From: Sminthopsis crassicaudata
Lineage: Eukaryota
Direction: 5' to 3'
Length of the DNA stretch: 64,000 bases
Assembly: GCF_048593235.1 (NCBI RefSeq)
Contig: NC_133623.1
Location: 1,116,001-1,180,000 of the forward strand
The notes under the pieces were generated by a model. The model was not told where the DNA came from. It did no database searches and saw only the letters and a program-made list of their open reading frames with translations. Positions 1 to 10,600 of the stretch are shown one piece after another (the stretch's first letter is position 1; every line of letters begins with the position of its first letter). Both the position numbers and the translations under genes were made by a program.

Positions 1-904
1 TGGGACGGCACGAGGCTGAGTGGGAGACGGCGCTGATGTGGGTTGGACCCGCAGTGGTTGAAACAGAGATTTCAAGAGCGAATTTGCCCACCCGTCATCA
101 GTTGACGGGGCCACGGAGACCCCCGCCGTCAGGGAGAGAGCAGAGGAAGGGCCAATTTGCCCAGCGCCCTCCCATGAGTCAGTAGTTGAGCCAGGGCAAG
201 AGTCTCTGATTCTAACTTCGCAGAATTTTGGAATCAGAGAATCTTAGAATTTGAAATTCATAGAATTCGAGGCACCTAGAACTTGAGTCCCAGGGACGAC
301 TTTTCCACTGCCCTCTTCGTACCGTGTTAAAAACAGCAGCGGGCCGCCACATGGCACTCTGAAGCAGGGCTGGGTTTGCCCTCCATTTTGGTTTTCTCCT
401 GCTGAACCCAGTCTCTTTTTTCAAGACCCGAGGCTCTGGAATATGATTACATCATTATTTCCGTGAGGACTTAAGTCGAGCCGGCTAAGTAGTTTCTCTG
501 CCCACTGCCTTCAGTGTCTGAACTTGCCTGTGCCTCCCCCCATCTCTGGACCTCAGTTTCCCTAATGATCTTCTCTTAGGAGGTCTTCTCCCAAGGAGAC
601 AGAAGGAGAAAGAAGGAGAAAGGGAGACAGAGACAGAGAAGAGGGGGAGGAGAATGGAGAAACTGTTTTGTTAGTAGACACGTGCACCTGCCCCCCCTCC
701 CCCTGCCAGGCCAGTACAGGGGTGCTCGGCCTGAGATCGAGAAAGCGGTGCCATCCCTCCAGGGCCTGAAGACCACGCAAAGGAGAACTTCTTGTTCTCC
801 CTTCCTACCCTTGAGACTCTCACCTCTCTCCCAGGAAGCCCAGCTAAGTCTGTCTGGACCCAACAATCATCTTTTCTCCCTCAGGCTACCCAAGGACCAG
901 CTTG

Positions 905-3900
905 ATGCCCAACCCCAAGCCACACCAAATCCCAGCAGCCTCTTCTTCCTCCAGCCTCGTGGCTCACATGAAGGATCCGGAGCTGATAACCAGAGGGCCT
1001 TTGGAGTTTCCATCCTGGGAAGTTGGACCTCCCCCCCGAGGGGGACCCACTGGGACAACTGCCTTGTCACCACAGGTAGGCCTGGGCCAAAGGGGCTAAG
1101 GACTGGAGAGGGACGGAGCCCTCTCCTTGCATTGAGGGAACCTTCAGTCCTATATCTGAATCACTGGGGAGAAGAGAACAGAGGAAGTGGTTTCTGGTCT
1201 CTCTGAAGGGGTGAGGGGGCGCTGTCTGTTTCTTATGCAGATCTCACCAGTAGGAGAAATTCCCCTCCAACTACGGTCTCTGTCTTCCCTACCACCCGCC
1301 CCCCCCCCATCCCAACCCAAATCTTAGGGAGGGGGAATAAAGAATAGACAGAAACAGAAGGAAAGAGACGGGCAGACAGACACACTTGATCAGGTGGCTT
1401 CTGGGAAACCCAAAATACATAGCTCCCATCATCTTTGAAAGAGGGGAGCAAATGACTTGGCTACAGTGACATAGCGAGTTGACTGATAAGAGAAAAATTC
1501 CAAAGCATCCCCTCTTGGGAGCACATGGAAACCACTTTCATTGGTCCCTGCTCTCCGGGTCCAAGCACACAGCCCACTGATCTGCGGACCGAGCCCAAAT
1601 GAACATGGGAAAGGACTTGGCCCAGTGGCTTCTGCCACTGCAGATACAGTGCCTCTGGCCCGAGAACTCCCCCCAAGATAGGAAATCGGGCCACTGGGAT
1701 AGAAATTGTTTTCTCATGGACTCGTCCTGCCAGTGGTCTCAATGGAGACCCCCAGGACCCATAAGGACAGAGCAGCAGCAGCAGCAGCGGCTGACACCGG
1801 AATCTCCCTTCCTGACTGGGCCATATGGGTCAGCTCCGCAGGCTGCCGCCCTGACCCGCTCAACTAGAGAGATGGGTAGGGACAGAGAGGGTGGCTGCAG
1901 AAGGCCCAGGAAGACAGGTGATCTGGTGCCCCGGGAGGCAGGCTGCCTTCTATCTTGAACCCTGGAGATCCATTTGGCCCCAGATGGAAACAGATTTGAG
2001 ATCAGTGGGGGTGGCTAGGTGGCGCAGTGGCTAGAGCACCAGCCTTGAATTCAGGAGGACCCAGACACTTAACACTTCCTGGCTATGTGACCCTGGGTAA
2101 GTCACTTAACCCTAGCCTCAGGGAAAAAAAAAAAAGATTTGAGATCAGTGGGTAGAGCTCTCCCAAAGCAGATCGGGCTGCCTAGGGAAGTAATGGGCTT
2201 CTTTGAGCGGAGAGCCCACTTGCTGGCCTGGTTGTTCCACGATGGATTGCATGAGACGGCCCTTCCGGGGGTCCCTTCCCCGGCCGGAGATTCTGTGACT
2301 GTTTCTAACCTTCCCCTCGCAGTTGCCAACAGGCCCCATGTTGATGGTGGCCCCATCAGGCGGGCGGCTCGGCCCGTTGCCACACCCCCAGGCCCTGCTT
2401 CAGGAAAAGCAGCAGTTCGTACACCAGGTATGGATGGAGCGACGGTGGCCCTACCTAGTCCTTCTGAGTCTGGTCAGACCAACCCCCCTCAGGCCCCATC
2501 TGATGGGTGGCCGCCCCTAGAAGGGACAGAAGCCCCGAGGGCTGCCCTCAGGGACTTTCTTCTCCCCTCCCATTCCTTAGTTGGCATCTGCTGAGGTCCT
2601 CAGCCGGCCCCCACTGGGGCACATGACACCCCTGAACGCCCCGGCCCTGCTCAATCTGCCCTCACCTCCTGGAGTCATCGCCCTCAAGACCAGACCTGCC
2701 CAGCTGCATGGCTTTCCTCCTGGTAACAGCTTACGGGAGGAGGGGGGGTGAGACAATGTCCTTCCCCAGCCGTGGCTCAAAGAACCCTAAAAGCTTCAAT
2801 TCCAGGAAACCTCCAGCCCACCCATCCCCCATCACAACTACCAGACTTCTTAACTCCCATGGATCGGGGTTCACTGTCTTCCCGAGAGAGAGAGGCCACC
2901 GAAAGCCACGTTGCTGAGGAGGGCTCTCTGGGCACCAAGTCTCCTCCATCACGATGGCTTTCTCCATGGCTCTTTCTGCCTTCCTCTCCAGGGATCAACT
3001 TTGCCAACCTGGAATGGCTACCCAAGGAGCCGGCCAATATGCTGACCACTTACCTCTGCGCCTTTCCCACTGGGCCCAGCCCCGGGGATGCCTCCGCTCT
3101 TCGGCTCGGCCCCAAGAAGGAGAGGTTAGTGTCCCACAGCCTAGAAGGGGGACAATTGGAGGCTCTTGGCAAGAGGCGGCTGGCATTGTGGGGAGCAGGG
3201 TCAGGAAGCCCTGAGTTCCAATCCCACCTCCGGGTCCACGTGATGTATCACGCGCCCTGGAACTTCACTTTGCCAGAGGGCCTGCCTCCCTGCACTCTCT
3301 GGCCTATCAGTGCCTCCCAGGGCTGGACCAAAAAGAAGGATGGGGCGGGAGAAACCGAGGTATTTAGAGCCCTGCCGGCCAGCATGCTGGGGGAGATTCA
3401 GGCAAGACAGGTGAAGAAATTGGGCCCAAGTTCCCCGAGGGCAGCCGAGTGGGACAGCACCCCATGGCTCCCCTCCTCTCACAGTGTCCTGCAGATGTGC
3501 ACCTTGGACAGCTCCCGGAGCTGCTGGTGGCCCGCCTGTGAAAAGGTCTTCCCTGAGGCAGGAGAGCTGGTCAAGTGAGTGCCGGGTGCCAGGGAGGTGA
3601 GGGGGCCCCGGCTGCCAAGGCTGCCCAGCTCCAGCTGCTCTGTCTCCCGCCTCCCTCCCCTAGACACCTCCAGGAGGCCCACCGCCCAGACGAGAAGGGG
3701 AAGGCCCAGTGTCTCATCCAGAAGGAGGTAGTGCAAAACCTCGAGCAGAAGGTGAGAGAGGGCCACTTCCCAGGCCAGGCTGGGAGTCTCTGGCCTGAGG
3801 CTGCAGCTCTGGGCAGAGGGCTCGGGACCGGATCACAACGGTGCTCTCACCCACATCCCAGCCGTGTGATCTGAGCAAATTCACCTTAGCAGGCCTCGGG

Positions 3901-6900
3901 ATTCCTTCTCTGTAAAAGGGGGGTCATGATGGGCTCCCTCCCAGGGCTATTGTGAGCACCCAGTGTAGTCCATGTAGTGTGGAAGTGAGCTATCACTGGG
4001 GAGCGAGGCGGGTGGAGGAGATGGACCTGATGAAAAAGGGACACAGGGCCACCAAGGGAGGTGGCCGGGAGATGGGCCACTAGGCAGCGGGCTTATCTCT
4101 ATTCTTTCTCACAGCTCTTCCTAGAGAAGGAGAAGCTGGGGGCCATGCAGGCCCATCTCTCTGGGAAGCTGGCGCTGGCGAAGCCCCTGGCTCTGGTGAG
4201 TGGGCCCATTCTCCCTCCCAGGGCCTCCACACCTGCCTGCCGTCTTAGGACGTCGGCAGCGGAGCTGCTCTTACCGATGGCCCCTTGGAGTGGGCCTCCC
4301 CAGCCCGCGAGGGCTCTTAGAAACCAGACATGCGGCCTTCTGGGCCAGTCATGGCCCGTAGTGGAGCTCCCACGTTTACGAGAGGCCCCAGAGTGGTCAC
4401 TGAGCCTCCTCTGGGGGCCTCGTTCCATTTGGCTGGCTGGAGCGCGGCAACTTGGGAGTCAGAGGGCCTGGGACCAAACCCTAGCTGGACACCTTGTCGG
4501 TCTCCTCACTTGTGAAGTGAACAGGTGGACCAAAGAACCTCAGGAGACCCCCCCTTCCCACTGGAAAGCTAGAACCTGAACCACCTCGGTGACCGTAGGA
4601 GGGTTCCTCCGCCCAGCCCCTCAGTCCCCCTCTCCTCTCTCTGGTCCCAGAGCCCCTCCACAGAGAAAGCCGGCTACTGCCCAGCAGGGAGCCTGGGCCC
4701 CACCTGGGCAGCCTGGCCCGCGGCCCCAGGAGACAAGGAAGAAGCTCGCCTCCCAGGCCAGGGCCTGTTTGCTGTGAGAAGGCACCTGTGGGGCAGCCAC
4801 ATGTCGCCAGGTGAGCATCCTCAGGTGGCCAGGCCCGCTCTCCTGAGCCCTTTGCGCACTGGATGAAGTACTGCTTTCTCTCTGGCCTCTGTGGCTTGGT
4901 GGGGGGCATGGCCTCAGGGAAGCAGGGTCTGGGGGAGGGGGGCCTCAGGGGAACAGGGTCTGGGGGAGGGGGCCTCAGGGGAGCAGGGTCTGGGGAAGGG
5001 GGCCCCAGGGGAGCAGGGTCTGGGGGAGGGGGGCCTCAGGGGAGCAGGGTCTGGGGGAGGGGGCCCCAGGGGAGCAGGGTCTGGGGGAGGGGGGCCTCAG
5101 GGGAGCAGGGTCTGGGGGAGGGGGCCCCAGGGGAGCAGGGTCTGGGGGAGGGGGCCTCAGGGGAGCAGGGTCTGGGGGAGGGGGGCCTCAGGGGAGCAGG
5201 GTCTGGGGGAGGGGGGCCCCAGGGGAGCAGGGTCTGGGGGAGGGGGGCCCCAGGGGAGCAGGGTCTGGGGGAGGGGGCCTCAGGGGAGCAGGGTCTGGGG
5301 GAGGGGGCCTCAGGGGAGCAGGGTCTGGGGGAGGGGGGCCTCAGGGGAGCAGGGTCTGGGGGAGGGGGGCCCCAGGGGAGCAGGGTCTGGGGGAGGGGGG
5401 CCCCAGGGGAGCAGGGTCTGGGGGAGGGGGCCTCAGGGGAGCAGGGTCTGGGGGAGGGGGGCCTCAGGGGAACAGGGTCTGGGGGAGGGGGGCCCCAGGG
5501 GAGCAGGGTCTGGGGGAGGGGGGCCCCAGGGGAGCAGGGTCTGGGGGAGGGGGGCCTCAGGGGAGCAGGGTCTGGGGGAGGGGGGCCTCAGGGGAGCAGG
5601 GTCTGGGGGAGGGGGGCCTCAGGGGAGCAGGGTCTGGGGGAGGGGGGCCCCAGGGGAGCAGGGTCTGGGGGAGGGGGGCCCCAGGGGAGCAGGGTCTGGG
5701 GGAGGGGGGCCTCAGGGGAGCAGGGCCTCCAGTTAGCTCCCGGGCACCTCTTCTCCCCACAGAGTTCCTCCATAACCTGGAATACTTCCGCTCCCACAAC
5801 CTGCGGCCTCCCTTCACCTACGCCACGCTCATCCGCTGGGTAAGCCCGCCGCCCTTGGACCTCACCTAAACACCCGACACGGCCCCGCCCCCCGCGGGCG
5901 GAACTCGGCCTAGGGCTTGACCCCAAATGAAAACCCATGGTGACTCGGCCCCCAAAAGTGCCTCCAAGCAACTTCAGTGAATCCCTGTCTCACCTGGAGG
6001 GGGGCCTTGTGACAGGCCAACTGCCTGCCCTTCCCAGCAGCCACTATGCTGGCGCTAGCCAATTAAGGAACGGGCCAGCTGGAGGGAGGAGGGGGAGAGC
6101 CCCCGAGCTGAGCCTGGGAGGGGCCGAGGAGGGAGATGGTCAGCTGGGAGGAAGCCATTTTGGGAGGTGGGGGTGGAGGCCAGCCCACCTGGGGGCGGGG
6201 TGTTTCTCCTTGTATCCTTTTCTTAGCCTCATCCAGACCCAGCCTGGGCCTCTAAGCCAGCGGGCCTCAGACTTTTTAACTAGGGGGCCAGGTCCCTGTC
6301 CCTCAGCCTGTGGGAGGGCCGGACTAGAGTAAAAACAAAAGCTCAAGCTCTGTCTCCGCCCCTCGGCCCCCCTGCAGGCCGCAGTTAGAGAAGCCCTGCG
6401 AGTAAGCCAAACTCCAGCCTCTCCTGTCCAGGCCTGTCCTTCAAGTTATCCAGCCTCTCCAGTCCTGTCCTATCCTAATTTTCCCTGACCCCTTACCTTT
6501 GACCCTGACCTGACAGGGCCCGTTGCCCCATCACCCAGTCCCGGCCCATTTCTCACTGGGGGTGGACGCGGTGTGTGTGAAAGGGATGGAAGCCCGGCTC
6601 TGCTGCTGGTGCGTGTTTGGCAGAGGCCCCTCCCCATCATGGGCCTCCGTCCGTCCCTCCGTACAACAGGAGGTCCTGCCTTTGGATTCCATTTTCTTCT
6701 GACTGCCCCAACTGAGCTGTGAAAGGGTCCCCTTCCTATAAACGCCCTGAGCCAGGGGCGCTGGGACAGTGAGGAATAGCTCCGGGGAGGGAGAGAGGGA
6801 CATTTCCCCACAGCCTCCCTCGCTCACAGGCCATACTGGAAGCCCCTGAGAAACAGCGGACACTCAACGAGATCTACCACTGGTTCACGCACACCTTTGC

Positions 6901-7195
6901 CTTCTTTCGGACCCATCCAGCCACCTGGAAGGTGAGAGTCGAGAGCTTGGGGGTGGGGGCTGGGAGGCGCCCAGAGAGCCCCGTCTTGGAAGGTCGGGGG
7001 AGAGTGGCGAGGTTCAGGCACCCCCGTTCCCCACAGAACGCCATTCGGCACAACCTGAGCCTGCACAAATGCTTTGTCCGGGTGGAGAACGAGAAGGGGG
7101 CCGTGTGGACCGTTGACGAGTTTGAGTTCCGAAAGAAGAGAAGCCCCAGACCCAGCAGGTACCCAGGGCCCCGGCCGGAGCTGTGCCCCTGCTAA
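905..7195 (+). CDS. FOXP3: Forkhead box protein P3 (Treg master regulator), 11 coding exons, ~435 aa
   Basis: Exons with GT-AG boundaries and consistent phases: 905-1075 (MPNPKP), 2323-2427 ([20 protein letters not shown]), 2581-2722, 2992-3124 (GINFANLEW), 3485-3574 and 3664-3751 (C2H2 finger CWWPAC...HLQEAH), 4115-4195 (zipper [13 protein letters not shown]), 4651-4810, 5763-5839 ([12 protein letters not shown]), 6830-6931, 7037-7195 (forkhead [20 protein letters not shown]). Sum 1308 nt. Non-coding 5' exon(s) lie upstream of the window; acceptor of first coding exon at 883-884. Confidence 0.97.
2010..2134 (+). mobile_element. WSINE1-like tRNA-derived SINE (internally deleted) in FOXP3 intron 1
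   Basis: GGTGGCTAGGTGGCGCAGTGG head, GTCACTTAACCCTAGCCTCAGG + A12 tail; 18-bp TSD AGATTTGAGATCAGTGGG at 1992-2009 and 2135-2152. Confidence 0.9.
3860..3965 (+). mobile_element. MIR fragment, FOXP3 intron 6 (similar fragments at ~480-570, ~15340-15435, ~47140-47245)
   Basis: GTGTGATCTGAGCAAATTCAC..CTGTAAAAGGGG..CCCAGGGCTATTGTGAG resembles the MIR core. Confidence 0.5.
4912..5725. repeat. G-rich VNTR in FOXP3 intron 8, ~31-33 bp unit, ~26 copies
   Basis: Unit GGGGAGCAGGGTCTGGGGGAGGGGG(G)CC(T/C)CA repeated head to tail. Confidence 0.95.
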
Positions 7196-7397
7196 CTCGC
7201 TTCCCAGAAGCTCCTCTGACCGGGCCAGGGAGGAGGGCCATCCTGCAGCGAATGAAGTGACCCTCTCCGCTGTCCCCTCAGAGACCAAGATTTGAAACGC
7301 CTGCTGTCCTGTGCTCCGCTGGCCGTGCCGGAGGCCTGGCTCCCGCTGCCCCCCAGCTGACCAGCCTCCCCCGAGCCAGGCTGACGAAGGAAACATC

Positions 7398-7403
7398 TTT
7401 ATT
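7398..7403 (-). terminator. CCDC22 polyadenylation signal AATAAA (minus strand)
   Basis: TTTATT on the plus strand ~260 nt downstream of the CCDC22 stop. Confidence 0.75.
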
Positions 7404-7465
7404 GGATGGCTTTCTTGGTGGTGGGGGGGGGGAGCAGTGAAGGAGGGCTTCGGTTTTCTTCCATC

Positions 7466-7471
7466 AATAAA
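7466..7471 (+). terminator. FOXP3 polyadenylation signal AATAAA
   Basis: AATAAA 270 nt after the stop codon, followed by a GU-rich stretch (ATGTGTTGG..GGTGTGCTTG) at ~7489-7512. Confidence 0.8.
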
Positions 7472-7665
7472 GGCCTTGTAACTGAACCATGTGTTGGCAG
7501 AGGGTGTGCTTGAGGGAAGAGGGGGAGAGGCAGCCCTGCCCAGGGGAGAGGGGGACATGGAGAAAAAGGGGACGGGGAGACCTGGGAGAAGAGAAGGGGA
7601 CAGGAGGACAGGCAGGCCGGGGAAAGGCAGGGCAGGTGGGCCCAGGTCCAGAGACCGGGGCCGCC

Positions 7666-10600
7666 TCAGGCTTCGTGGATTCGGCCCAGCAGGCCCGCGT
7701 TCTCTTGCCGGACGGCCCGGTAATCCTCTAAGATCTTCTCCAGATTGCTCAGAGTCTTCTTGCCGGTCTCTGTCTCAATCTGAGGGAGCACATGAGCGTT
7801 AGGGAGGGCATCCCCAACTGCGCCAACGGACCCGCGCCACTTGTTACCCGAGGCCCTGACAGCCCCACCGCGTGTGTGAGCGTGTGTGAGTGACTGTGTG
7901 TGACAAGGAGCACTCAGTGAGCTCCTCCTGGATGCCTCCCACTGAGCCCTGAAGAGCTTCCCAGACTTCCTTCTGCCCCCTAAGGAGAACTCTTGGGGAG
8001 TGGCCACCATCTCCCCCTTCCGCCAGTGATAAGTGCCGGGGGCCAGCGTTGCCCCAGATGTGCCCCGGTGCTAGCACCCGCTTGGGGAGCAGCCTCGTTG
8101 AGGCTCCCACGCTAGGCTTTGGCCCTCCTTGACCACGGCACTTGGTGGTCGAAGGAAAGGGAAGGCTATGCTGGTGGTCCCAGTTTTACCCGGGCAGAGG
8201 CCCACCCATCCTCCCCGACTCCTTACTTGTTCCTCTAAGTCTCGGACCTCCCTCAAGATGGTCCCAGTGTCCTCTATGGTCTGGATGAGCTGGCTGCAGT
8301 TCTGGGACAGATACAGGGAGAGGGGGAGGTCAGGGGGGAGATACCACGACCCTGGGGGGGGGGGTGGCCCTGGAGAAGCCCAGCCAACTCACTTCGTGCA
8401 GGGCTGCCAGGTACTTGTAGGCCTTCCTCACTGAGTCGTCCTTCTTGGCGTCCTGTGGGAGCATGGGAGGGGAATGGGCTGAGGGCGGGGCGGGGCCCAG
8501 GGCCTGAGGAGACCGGGCAGTCCCAGGGCTGGAAGGGAGTCCATGGGCTATCACGTCTGGCCAGGTTTTAGGCTGCTCACCCCGGCCATCAGGTGCGAAG
8601 AGGAAAGCCAGCGGCTTTGGGGTGCCCGGGGGGGCTTCTCTAAGCAGGCCTCCACACCCCAACCTTTCTCTCTTGTGGCGGCCACTGTACACCCTCAGCT
8701 TCCTGTCATCCCCTCCCTCCGGCCTACAACTGGCACCTGGAAGCCTCCCGCCGTTGGCTGCAGGGAGGCCTTTGGGAGGCCCGCCTGGGTCCACGCCACC
8801 CAAGACTGGGCTCTCCTCCCCTTGGTGTGAGAGCCCACGGTTTCTGTGCCTAGGCCCGGCAGGGAGACGCCCACGAGCTTGGGGGGCTGGTGCTAGCTGT
8901 TGAGATCCTGGCGCCCACTCAGGCCCAGATGGTCCCTTGGGCTGACACTTCTCCACATGGCCTCAGAGGTGGCGACGGTCCTGCTCAAATCCAAGCCACC
9001 CACATGCCGACCGCGCCAAGCCTGGGAAGGAGGTGAGGGGTCCCCCGCCAGCCTGGCCTTCCTCCCGGGCACCTGGCACACCCACCTTGAAGACCAGTTC
9101 ATCTGTGACGGCGAAGGTGCGGTCCAGCTTGCCAGTCAGGGCGTTGATCTCTTTCTGAAGCAGTTTGGTGTCAGAGAGAATCTGGGAGAGCCGGGGAGAA
9201 AGAGAGGCAGCTGGAGGGGGAGGCTGGGCCAGGGAGGCTGGGGGGCCAGGAGATGGGGGCCCCGGGCATGCTCACCTTGGTGATTTCCTCCTTCTGCTTC
9301 CTGATGCTGCCCACGATCTCCAGGATACGATGGGTGTAGGCCGAACGAGCCATGTCCCCGGGTAGGGTGTCCAGCTCGGCGACCTGGGCGGGGAGCCGGG
9401 GCCATTTTGTTCTTGGTGAGTCCCACCAACCCTGGGCCCTCCTCCCCCTCAGGGAGCCACACGCCAACCTCGCTGCTCACCAATTGCTTGTATAAACCTT
9501 CCTTGCGGCGGGCCTCCGCGGCTGCCGCACGCACACATTCTTGTAGGACCTGGAGCTCGGCCGCTTTGTGCGACGACTCCAACTGGACGGCAAGAAGAGG
9601 GTCCTCAGTTTCCCCAAGTGTCAAGGTTGGGGGTGGGGCTCACAGCTCCTCCACAGACCACTCGGGGATGGTTCTCTGGGTGACAACCCCAGAGGCTTTC
9701 CAGCCTGGCCCCCCCCCTCCCAATGGAGGCTAGCAAGACCAAGGGGGGAAGGAGGGGACGCAGCGGGTGCGGTCACCTCTCTCTGGTCCCGGCGCTTCTT
9801 CAGAGTCCGATACTCGGCCAGCAGCGGCACTCGATGCCTCTCCCACTGGCCAGCCAGGTGGATGACACGCTGGGCACTGGCCTCCACCACCACCTGGATG
9901 CGGCGGGAGGGGGAAAGGGGCAGTGAGTGGAGGCTCCGGCATGCCCGGTACCACCAGGCCCTCACGGCCAGCCCCACCGACCTGCAGCTTGGCCAGGTTG
10001 CTGGGGGCATCTGGCAGCAGATCCACAGCCCGGCGCTTCAGCCTCCGGGCCTGCTCCCGCTCTGTGGTGCTCAGCCAGGCTTGTCGGGCCTCCGCTTCGA
10101 CCTGTACCCCGGCTCACAGTCAGTGTCCTCCTCCTCCCCCACCCCAGTACCCCTTGGGGCTCTGCTGTGCCCCTCCCAAGTCGCCCCCCTCCACCTGGCC
10201 TGTGCTAAGAGTCAGCCTCTTCACGGTGGCCCCGGCCTCCTTGATGCTCCGGCCCACGAGCTCCAGGTGACCCTGCAGAGATGCCAGCTCTGCTTCCTGC
10301 CCTGCCTGTAACTCCTGCTGCAAGCGGCCGGGGGACAGTGGGGACAGCAGTGAGGGGACTTCCGCGGGGGCCAAAGGTGGGGCACGGGTGGCCTCCTCTT
10401 CCTGGGGGAGAGGGGAAGGATAAAGAGGGATGTGCCTGCGGACTCCTCAGCCGCCGCCCACGGCCCTCAGCTGCCTGCCCCCCCCCCCCCTCGTTACCTG
10501 AGCAAAAGTGAATTTCTCAGCGTGTGTGAATCTGGAGCCCTTCCCCCGAGGCTCTCCGGAGCTGGGCCGCCAGCCACAGAGGAGCTCGCCCAGATCCCGG

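Noticed and set aside
35-60. TGATGTGGGT-N10-GTGGT resembling the mouse CNS2 RUNX region
   Set aside because: As I recall it, the match is in the opposite orientation relative to FOXP3, so it is not used as evidence of orthology.
4863-5843. Long Gly-rich ORFs (326 aa, 281 aa) in FOXP3 intron 8
   Set aside because: They are translations of the stop-free G-rich VNTR; no splice or codon evidence for a protein.
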